A stretch of DNA of 64,000 bases from Bradymonadia bacterium. GTDB taxonomy: Bacteria > Myxococcota_A > Bradymonadia > UBA7976 > UBA1532. The DNA is taken from assembly GCA_046290225.1 (NCBI GenBank), contig JBKAGE010000050.1, forward strand, positions 16,383 through 80,382. Reading direction: 5' to 3'. The position numbers were made by a program, and so were the translations under genes. The first letter of the stretch is position 1; every line of letters begins with the position of its first letter. The notes under the pieces were generated by a model. The model had not been told where the DNA came from. It searched no databases and worked only from the letters and a program-made list of their open reading frames with translations. Of the stretch, positions 57,187 through 64,000 are shown in pieces.

Positions 57187-58110
57187 TCAAGAAAGCCCGG
57201 CGATGTACCCCGCGAGCTCGTGCATGCCGTCGATGCCCGCTTCTCGACCGACTGCAGAGTTGTAGTTGGTGGTGCCGTTGATGTCGTAGGTGTAGCGGTT
57301 GCCCTCGGCGTCTTCTACGAACTCGATGCCCGCCACCTCGAGCCCCTCGGCCTTGCACAACGCGATGTACTGCGCAACCAACGGATCATCTGCGGTGATG
57401 GGCGACAGCGAGAACTTCGCCGCGCCATCGATGGGGCACACGTCGGCCACAGGCTGTTTGGGGATCTGGCACGCGTCGGAGGGACACAGCTCGAAACCGT
57501 CTGAGGTGGAGCTGCGCATGGCGTACAGGAATCGATCGCCCACGAGCTCGACTCGGGTGATGAAGCCCCCAGCGGGCTTGATGTACTGCTGCAACACCAC
57601 GACACCGTCGGGGCCCCGATCGAATTCGTCGGACTTCACGTAGGCGGAGAACTCGTCAGCGTTGTTGAACAAGCTGATGCCGAGGCCTTTGCCCCCCTGG
57701 TTGTGCTTGGTGATGAAGGGCCCGTCGAAGGTGCCGGCGAGCTTGATGAGGGCTTCGGCCCCCACGCCTGCGACGGTGCGTGGGGTCTGGATGCCGTGAC
57801 GCCGCAGGGCGAGATCCTGCTGTACTTTGCTGATTTCGAGCCGGAAGGCGGCGCTGCCGTTGATGACCCGCCGATCATGGGCTTCGAGCCACGCGAGGGT
57901 CTCCCGCATGAGCGCGACGCTCTCGCTGTGGCCTCGGGTGTGGCTGCTGGGGCTCATCCGGTTGATCCAGATGCCCTCGGGGGGCGGCTGATCGATGGGG
58001 AGATCGCCCTGCCAGACTTCCACGAGCCGGTAGTCGAGGTTGTGGGCCTTGAGGCCGGCCTCGAGAGGGGGCAGCCAGTCGGGGTTCTCGTAGAGGATGT
58101 GCACGAGCAT
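57187..58110 (-). CDS. ATP-grasp ligase, RimK/alpha-L-glutamate ligase-like
   Basis: NRMSPSSHTRG, KHNQGGKGLG, LQQYI, YDINGTTNYN. Confidence 0.85.
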   Translation of the reverse strand: MLVHILYENPDWLPPLEAGLKAHNLDYRLVEVWQGDLPIDQPPPEGIWINRMSPSSHTRGHSESVALMRETLAWLEAHDRRVINGSAAFRLEISKVQQDLALRRHGIQTPRTVAGVGAEALIKLAGTFDGPFITKHNQGGKGLGISLFNNADEFSAYVKSDEFDRGPDGVVVLQQYIKPAGGFITRVELVGDRFLYAMRSSTSDGFELCPSDACQIPKQPVADVCPIDGAAKFSLSPITADDPLVAQYIALCKAEGLEVAGIEFVEDAEGNRYTYDINGTTNYNSAVGREAGIDGMHELAGYIAGLS

Positions 58111-58207
58111 GGGGGCACCTCTTTGGGGGGCACCGGAATGGTGCCTTTTCTGATCAGAATATGCGGGGTTGGATACCTCTTATGGGGGTGGGGTTTCAAT
58201 GATCGTG

Positions 58208-58274
58208 GTGGGGTCTCGCTTCGCTCGCAGAGAGAGTTTCGGGCACGGGCACGGGCACGGGCACGGGCACGAGT
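58208..58274. repeat. Solo arm of palindromic element family B
   Basis: TCGCTTCGCTCGCAGAGAGAGTTTC(GGGCAC)5GAGT with no inverted partner nearby. Confidence 0.85.
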
Positions 58275-58420
58275 CGAAGTTGCCTGGGTTTTTGGATGAG
58301 GGTGGATGGTGCGTCGAAATTGGGTTAGGAGCAGTGATGAACTCATGTTCATGTATGAGTCGGAGAGTGTAACTCTCAGCAGCTCAAAGCCCTCCATTCA
58401 GCCGAGTTTGGAGATGATAA

Positions 58421-58738
58421 ATGAAACACTTGGCCGCCAACGAAGCTGACGAGCTTGAACCGGCTCTCGAAGCCTTCGGCAGAGCGCGGCACGAGTACCT
58501 CTACATGATCGCGTGGTCCAGCGACGTCTCCATCCCCATGCACGCCATCGAGGCTGAGTACAACAACGCCACTCGACATTGGCAGACCATCCAGGCGTGG
58601 GTGAAGGCCCATGGTCTTGCTGCTGGCCCTGCCGAAGTACTCGTCGATGGAGAGAAGCGCGAGCCCCTCTACAGCTTCTTCGCCAAGGGTTGTCACCTCG
58701 CTGCGAAATGGGAAGAGCGAGCCGCATGGATCAAGTGA
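58421..58738 (+). CDS. Hypothetical protein
   Basis: 105 aa, GGAG RBS, host-like codon usage. Confidence 0.6.
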   Translation: MKHLAANEADELEPALEAFGRARHEYLYMIAWSSDVSIPMHAIEAEYNNATRHWQTIQAWVKAHGLAAGPAEVLVDGEKREPLYSFFAKGCHLAAKWEERAAWIK

Positions 58739-58742
58739 ACGC

Positions 58743-59099
58743 TCAGTCGTACTCGTAGGGCGCCGACTTCACCGCCTCGGCGAGGGCGGTGTGATCGTGA
58801 AACAGGCCATGTAGCAGGGCGCCGAGGGCTTTGAGCGCGTCGAGATCAGTGCCGTAAGCGCAGAACATCCCCGCCTCTGGATCCATTGACAGCCGGCTTT
58901 CGAGATCGGGCTGGTGCTCGCGCAGCGCGCCCAGAGCCACATCAGCCCAGCCGTAGCCTCCGGGCTCACGGCCGTTGGACCTGAACACCTCTTCCACTGG
59001 GCCCACTTGGCTGTCCGTGAGCAGCAGGCTGTAGTGGCCTGGGGTCGAGTCCGACTCTACAAGGAGCAGCGGGGTATAGGTGGTGTCGTCGCGTAGCAT
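58743..59099 (-). CDS. Imm51-like immunity protein
   Basis: GGYGW and DPEAGMFCAYG motifs; 118 aa; GGAGG RBS. Confidence 0.72.
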   Translation of the reverse strand: MLRDDTTYTPLLLVESDSTPGHYSLLLTDSQVGPVEEVFRSNGREPGGYGWADVALGALREHQPDLESRLSMDPEAGMFCAYGTDLDALKALGALLHGLFHDHTALAEAVKSAPYEYD

Positions 59100-59205
59100 C
59101 GAAGACCTCCGAGCTCGTGAGTGTGCACGCAGGTGTAGATCAGCACAACGCTGTGCGCCATCCTACTTCGTCTACATGCAGTGCCGATGCACACTGGAGA
59201 GCCCC

Positions 59206-59661
59206 ATGGCCGCTGATTGGACCCCCGCTGATCCTGACTACGCCACCCGTGTGCAACAGAGCTTCGAGCGCCAGATCTTCATGCAGACCCTCGGCGCCGA
59301 GCTTGGGGTCGTGAAGCCAGGGTATGTTGAAATCACCCTGCCGTTCCAAGAGGCCCTGACCCAGCAGCACGGGTTCTTGCATGCTGGGGCCGTGACCTCC
59401 GTGGTGGACTCCGCGTGTGGGTATGCTGCGTTGACCCTGATGCCTGCTGGCGCCGCCGTGCTCTCGGTGGAGTTCAAGGTGAACTTGCTGGCGCCAGCGA
59501 AGGGCGAGTTCATGATCGCCGAGGGTCGGGTGAAGAAGGCCGGGCGCACGCTGATGGTGTGCACCGGCGATGTGTGGGCCGTGGAGGGCGACACCCGCAA
59601 GAATGTCACCACAATGACCGCCACTATGATGGTGGTCGAGGGCCGCGGACTCAGCGATTGA
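59206..59661 (+). CDS. PaaI family thioesterase
   Basis: QQHGFLHAG...DSACGYAA, EFKVNLLAPA. Confidence 0.9.
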   Translation: MAADWTPADPDYATRVQQSFERQIFMQTLGAELGVVKPGYVEITLPFQEALTQQHGFLHAGAVTSVVDSACGYAALTLMPAGAAVLSVEFKVNLLAPAKGEFMIAEGRVKKAGRTLMVCTGDVWAVEGDTRKNVTTMTATMMVVEGRGLSD

Positions 59662-59734
59662 CACAAGGCCCGCCCTCGCTCAGGGTCGCTCTGGGCATTG
59701 TGCTCGAGTGACACATCAAGAATAGGGCTGAGTG

Positions 59735-60193
59735 ATGTCAGAAGATCCGAACGTGACAGCGATGAAGGGGTGGCTCGACGTGATTTGGGGCCAGCGAGAC
59801 TGGTCCCGGGCCAGCGAGTTTGCCGCCGAGGACATGATCACCCACGGCATCGACGGCCAACAGCAGGTGGGTCTGCAAGGGTTCCACGACGAGGTCTTCG
59901 CACCGCTCACCGCGTTGTTCGCCGAGACGCGTATCGAACTCGACGCCATCCACACCGTCAAACCGGGGTTTTACGGGCTTCAGGCCACTTTCCGGGCGGT
60001 GACGCACGGCGGCAAGAGCGCAACCTTCGGCGGCACCGGATTTGTGCGGTTCAACGATGACCACAAGCTCGCCGAGGGCTGGAATCAGTGGGATTTTCTC
60101 TCGATGATGGAGCAGATCGGCGAGGTGCCCATGGGGTGTATGGGGGCGCTGTTCGGCAAGGTGTGTGATCCCAACAACAACACCGTGATCTGA
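59735..60193 (+). CDS. SnoaL-like ester cyclase/NTF2 family protein
   Basis: VRFND.HKLAEGWNQWDFLSMMEQIG C-terminal pattern. Confidence 0.72.
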   Translation: MSEDPNVTAMKGWLDVIWGQRDWSRASEFAAEDMITHGIDGQQQVGLQGFHDEVFAPLTALFAETRIELDAIHTVKPGFYGLQATFRAVTHGGKSATFGGTGFVRFNDDHKLAEGWNQWDFLSMMEQIGEVPMGCMGALFGKVCDPNNNTVI

Positions 60194-60209
60194 AGGCGAG
60201 CCTGCGTAC

Positions 60210-60719
60210 TCAGCAGCAGCCGCATGAGGGCTCAGGGTCGCCCTCAGTACCCAGAGGGTGACCCTGCTCGAGCTCCGCAGCAGTGGCAGGCCGCACCCGG
60301 ACCACCTCGATGTCGAAGTTCAGAGTGACTCCGGCGAGCGGGTGAGCGCTGTCGAGCCAGACCCCATCGCCCTCCACCTTGCTGATCCATACCGGCACCT
60401 GCTGGCCGGCATTGTCTTCGAGCACCAGCTGCATGCCAGGGATGATCTCCATCTCTGCGGGGAACTCCGAGCGCTCGATGCGCTGAGCAGACCCAGGGTG
60501 CCTCACGCCGTACCCCTCTTCCGGAGACACGACGGCCTTGAAGGTGTCACCCACCTGCTTGCCAGTGAGCTGCTTCTCGAGGCCAGGCACGATGTTCAGG
60601 TGCCCATGCAGGTAGAGCAGCGGATCACCGCCAGCGCTGGAGTCGAGGAGCTCTCCGGCGTCGTTGCGGAGAGTGTAGTGAATGAAGGCGACGTGATCGT
60701 TGCTGATGGTGTTGCTCAT
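60210..60719 (-). CDS. slyD: FKBP-type peptidyl-prolyl isomerase SlyD-like
   Basis: IHYTL, PLLYLHG, PEEGYG, HPLAGVTLNFDIEV, Cys-containing tail. Confidence 0.88.
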   Translation of the reverse strand: MSNTISNDHVAFIHYTLRNDAGELLDSSAGGDPLLYLHGHLNIVPGLEKQLTGKQVGDTFKAVVSPEEGYGVRHPGSAQRIERSEFPAEMEIIPGMQLVLEDNAGQQVPVWISKVEGDGVWLDSAHPLAGVTLNFDIEVVRVRPATAAELEQGHPLGTEGDPEPSCGCC

Positions 60720-60789
60720 GGGGGCTCCCTTCTGGTCGGCGGGGGAGTGTGCAGATGCGCGGCGGCTCCGGCAATGGTTAAATGCCCTC

Positions 60790-61689
60790 ATGGCGAAATG
60801 GGATACGGAAAAAATAGAGCTCGAACCGGTGTCCGGAAGCCTCGGGGTGCCGTCCAAGCGCATGATGAAGATGGCCTCCGGGTGGCTGGCCCGTGTGGTG
60901 AACATACTGTTTCGCCCACGACTCGATGGTGTGGAGCATCTGCCTGCTGAGGGGCCATTCTTACTCGTGAGTAATCACAACGCGGGCATCGCCCTGGCCG
61001 AGATCTTCAGCATCGTCACGTGCTGGGTGACGCGGTTCGGCCAGAGTCGGCCCCTCGCTGGCTTCGCTCATCCGCTCGCGTTCAAGATATGGCCTGCCAC
61101 CGTGACCATGCGTCATCTGGGCTCGATCCCATCAGGCTACAACGCCGCCTACACCGCCCTCGACGCTGGCGTATCGGTGCTCGTGTTTCCTGGAGGCGAC
61201 TTCGACTCGTTTCGGCCGGTGTGGCAGGCCAGAAAGGTCAGCTTCAACGGCCGCCGAGGGTTCTTGCGCATTGCCCGAGAGGCGGGCGTACCCATCGTGC
61301 CCATGGGGATTCACGGCAGCCACTACACCGCCCCGCTCTTGTTTCGCTCCGAGTTCTGGGCGTGGCTCCTGGTCTTGCCTCGCCTGGCAGGGCTCAAGCG
61401 ATGGGGTCTCTCCGCCCTGGGGTTGATGGGGGCTGTGGCCCTGGCCTTTGCCCCCTGGTCGTGGCCTGTGCGGATCCTCGCCATTTGGGCCTGGCTGGTG
61501 TCGCCCTTCACACTGCTGCCCTGGGTGCCGTGGACGATCCGGATGCGCATCGGGCCCATGATGCCGCCAGAGTCGCTCTTTGATGGCTGTGGTGACGAAG
61601 ATGAGCTGTGGCGGGCACTGAGCCGAGTGGAGTATGCGATAGAGGCTCTGGTGAGATCGGAGGAGCGCCATGACCACACCACGGTATGA
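60790..61689 (+). CDS. Lysophospholipid/glycerol acyltransferase family protein
   Basis: LLVSNH, VLVFPGG, GFLRIA...VPIVP motifs. Confidence 0.85.
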   Translation: MAKWDTEKIELEPVSGSLGVPSKRMMKMASGWLARVVNILFRPRLDGVEHLPAEGPFLLVSNHNAGIALAEIFSIVTCWVTRFGQSRPLAGFAHPLAFKIWPATVTMRHLGSIPSGYNAAYTALDAGVSVLVFPGGDFDSFRPVWQARKVSFNGRRGFLRIAREAGVPIVPMGIHGSHYTAPLLFRSEFWAWLLVLPRLAGLKRWGLSALGLMGAVALAFAPWSWPVRILAIWAWLVSPFTLLPWVPWTIRMRIGPMMPPESLFDGCGDEDELWRALSRVEYAIEALVRSEERHDHTTV

Positions 61690-62440
61690 CCACATCGGCC
61701 ACGGCTACGCCCGTCGGCGACGAGAAGATCCCCATTTGAAGGCGCGCATCTGCGCCGCCCTCGATGGGGCATCGACCATTGTCAACGTGGGCGCGGGCTC
61801 TGGGAACTACGAGCCTGAGGGCGTGCACATGATCCCCGTAGAGCCCAGCGGGATCATGGCAGCTCAGCGCCCACAGAGTCGCCCGGCCATCAGAGCCTTC
61901 GCCGATGACTTGCCCCTCCATGATCAATCGGTCGATGCGGCGATGACCGTGCTCTCGTTGCACCACTGGCACCCAAAAACTCAAAAAGGCCTCGCGGAGC
62001 TGTGTCGTGTGGCGCGAGATCGCGTGATCATTGTCACCATCGACCCTGTGGTCTGCGGAGCGATGTGGCTCATGGCCGACTACCTGCACGAAGTGCGAGA
62101 TCTCGACATGGAGATCTTCCCGAGCATCGACGAGGTGGTGGCCGCCCTCGACCGCCCGGCCCAAGTGGAGGTGGTGCCCATTCATCGCGACACGCCCGAT
62201 CACAGCTTGATGTCGTTCTGGGCCCACCCGGAGCGGGTGCTCGATGCCGACGCTCGACAGGCCACTTCGGGCTTTGCCCGTCAGCCCGAGCAGGTGGTGG
62301 AGCGAGTCGTCTCTGCGGTGAAGGCGGATCTGGAGTCAGGTCGATGGGATGAGCGCTATGGTCATCTGCGAGGGCAGGAAACGTACGATGCAGGCTTGAG
62401 ACTGATTACCGCGAGGGTGCAATCGGCCGATGTTCCGTGA
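61670..62440 (+). CDS. Class I SAM-dependent methyltransferase
   Basis: YDHIG.GY, VNVGAGSG, LSLHHW motifs. Confidence 0.85.
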   Translation: MTTPRYDHIGHGYARRRREDPHLKARICAALDGASTIVNVGAGSGNYEPEGVHMIPVEPSGIMAAQRPQSRPAIRAFADDLPLHDQSVDAAMTVLSLHHWHPKTQKGLAELCRVARDRVIIVTIDPVVCGAMWLMADYLHEVRDLDMEIFPSIDEVVAALDRPAQVEVVPIHRDTPDHSLMSFWAHPERVLDADARQATSGFARQPEQVVERVVSAVKADLESGRWDERYGHLRGQETYDAGLRLITARVQSADVP

Positions 62441-63164
62441 ACAACTTCATGGCGTACTGACCACCAGGGTGTGCCCGAAAACGTGTGATGAGTTGACCTG
62501 CATCGTCGGGAAACTCGTCGAGGGTGGGCAGCGGGGTGCCGTAGTTCGGCGGTGACAAAACCGCCGCAGCCATACACGCAAAGGTGATGTCCTCGGCGGT
62601 GAAGTCATCACCGTTGAGAAAACGCCGCCCGTCGCTCAAACGCTCGGCCACTTCGTCAAACACCTGCTCGGCGATGGCTTCACCGCGGGCGACGTTCTCC
62701 GGCGTGACTTCGAGCAGCTTTCGGACGAATCGGCGCGCAAAGGGGAAGCCCATATAAAGCATGGCCTTCTCCTACCCTGGCGCCTGCCCGGCGTTGAAGC
62801 CGAGGGCCCTGCGACCCCACTTGAAGAAGTGGTGATACATCACCCGCCGCGTCTCCACCCCGAAGACATCGCACAGTTGCTGCTCGCGGGCCTGCATGGC
62901 TGCTCGGGCTTCTGTGTCGGCAGGGTAGAGCTTGCGGTCCTCGGGGGCTTGCTCGTCGGCCCACTGCATGATGGGTGAGGAGTCGATGAGGGCCTGGCCG
63001 TCGTCGTGTACGAGCACGGGCACGGTGCGACCGCCATAGGGTTTCACGTGGCGATAGTGAAACGCCTGAAGGTGCTGCACCTCTTCATAGGGCAGCCCAA
63101 TGTACTCGAAGGTCCAGCGGATGCGCTCGCAATAGTGGCTGATGGGGATGGTGATGAGCTTCAT
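62406..63164 (-). pseudogene. Glutathione S-transferase family gene split by an in-frame TAG
   Basis: N-domain ISHYCERIRW (63164-62772) and C-domain FTAEDITFA (62762-62406) are in one frame, separated by TAG at 62772-62774 and codons EKA. Confidence 0.8.
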
Positions 63165-63167
63165 GGA

Positions 63168-63524
63168 TCAGCGCCGCTCCAGCTTGCCCTGGCACTTGAG
63201 GCAGAAGGGGGTCTCCGGCCGGGCGGAGAGTCGTCGATATCCGATGTCGTCACCACAGCTCCTGCACTCACCATACTCTTCGTCGGCGACAGCCTGAAGC
63301 GCTTGAGCAACCTGCTGTAGCCGCAGTTTGTGACTCCGCCGTCGAGCGGCCACCATACCTGCCTGTTGGATGGCGTCGATGCGAGAAACCCGGCCGATGG
63401 CGGTGTCGAGCTCCACAGGCTTGGAGCCCTCTTCGGACATGCCCAGCAGAGCCTTCAACTCTTCTCTCAGCGCGAGCAGCGCGAGGTGAAGCTTCTGCAG
63501 TTCTTCCTCGGTGAGCGGGTCCAT
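63168..63524 (-). CDS. TraR/DksA C4 zinc-finger family protein
   Basis: GRVSRIDAIQQ coiled-coil tip; YGECRSCG...RL..RP....CLKCQ. Confidence 0.88.
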   Translation of the reverse strand: MDPLTEEELQKLHLALLALREELKALLGMSEEGSKPVELDTAIGRVSRIDAIQQAGMVAARRRSHKLRLQQVAQALQAVADEEYGECRSCGDDIGYRRLSARPETPFCLKCQGKLERR

Positions 63525-63611
63525 GGACAGCCCTGAAGGTGATGTGGTGCACACGAGTGGAGCACACTTGCCGTCGTGTGTCATGGTGGGCGTCGATGCT
63601 GGAGGGGCAAA

Positions 63612-63897
63612 ATGGAGCTGAGCGAAGTCAAAATGCGAGTAGCGGCCATTGAGGCCGAACTGCCTGCTCAACCGTGTGTGGAGTTCCACAGATTCGAGCG
63701 AGACGGGCGAGGCCTGGTGGTCATGCTCACTGAGCGCCTGCGCAAGAGCTGCAAGCGCGGTCGTGTCTGGCAGTCGAAGGCCTTCCTCACCGCGCTCAAG
63801 AATGGTGCATACGGGTTCGATGCAGACCGCTCACGCAGTCGCGGTGGCTCAGATGGATTGTTCCTGCTCGATCGCGAGTTCGAGCCTCGCAACGAGA
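63612..63897 (+). pseudogene. Hypothetical gene interrupted by an IS3-family insertion
   Basis: GGAGG RBS and ATG at 63612; the frame runs without a stop into the IS terminal repeat at 63898. Confidence 0.6.
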
Positions 63898-64000
63898 TGA
63901 ACTGCCCCGGGTTCGTCGGAGACGGTTTTGTATGAGTCAGGCGGCCCGGGATTGGGCAGCTTGACGGTTGTAGTAAGCCTCTTCGAACTCAACTGGTGGA
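63898..64000 (-). mobile_element. Right end of an IS3-family element (IS51/IS6110-like), truncated by the window
   Basis: Terminal TGAACTGCCCCGGG; minus strand encodes PPVEFEEAYYNRQAAQSRAA-stop (stop at 63937-63939), typical of OrfB C-termini. Confidence 0.85.

Noticed and set aside
58129..58149. Hairpin GGCACC-GGAAT-GGTGCC-TTTT as an intrinsic terminator
   Set aside because: No plus-strand gene ends upstream; it lies in the 5' region of a minus-strand gene.
39182..58270. (GGGCAC)5 tracts and family A units as a CRISPR array
   Set aside because: No regularly spaced direct repeats with unique spacers and no cas genes; the repeats are inverted pairs.
62772..62774. Pyrrolysine or programmed readthrough at the GST amber codon
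   Set aside because: No pyl genes in the window, TAG serves as a normal stop elsewhere, and a TGG to TAG change is simpler.

Overview
A GC-rich bacterial chromosomal window with about 60 genes. The content points to Myxococcota or a relative (inference): many Cys-rich and Gly-linker lipoproteins, a DUF1592/DUF1552 pair and acidic secreted proteins. No rRNA, tRNA or CRISPR array is visible. Much of it is ordinary accessory metabolism (four LysR regulators with divergent targets, a Rieske oxygenase, GH15, GSTs, an MFS transporter, SlyD). The notable parts are: (1) an ~18 kb surface/toxin locus (8.9-27.3 kb) with a signal-peptide-bearing SpvB/FG-GAP/RHS (TcB-TcC-like) protein, no TcA, a divergent fibre-like adhesin with a lower-GC 3' half, several lipoproteins and three tandem membrane-protein paralogues; (2) two families of non-coding palindromic elements whose arms match within each copy but differ between copies, one always carrying exactly five GGGCAC units around a conserved hairpin-rich core; (3) an IS4/IS10-like element with a 9-bp target duplication inserted into one of those palindromes, and an IS3-family end at the right edge interrupting a gene; (4) a three-lipoprotein operon with an exported PEP/pyruvate-binding (PPDK N-terminal-like) domain; (5) an AAC(3)-IV-like acetyltransferase, an orphan Imm51-like gene, an HTH-STAND-TPR protein and several decaying genes. 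All family calls are by-eye motif recognition, not database results.
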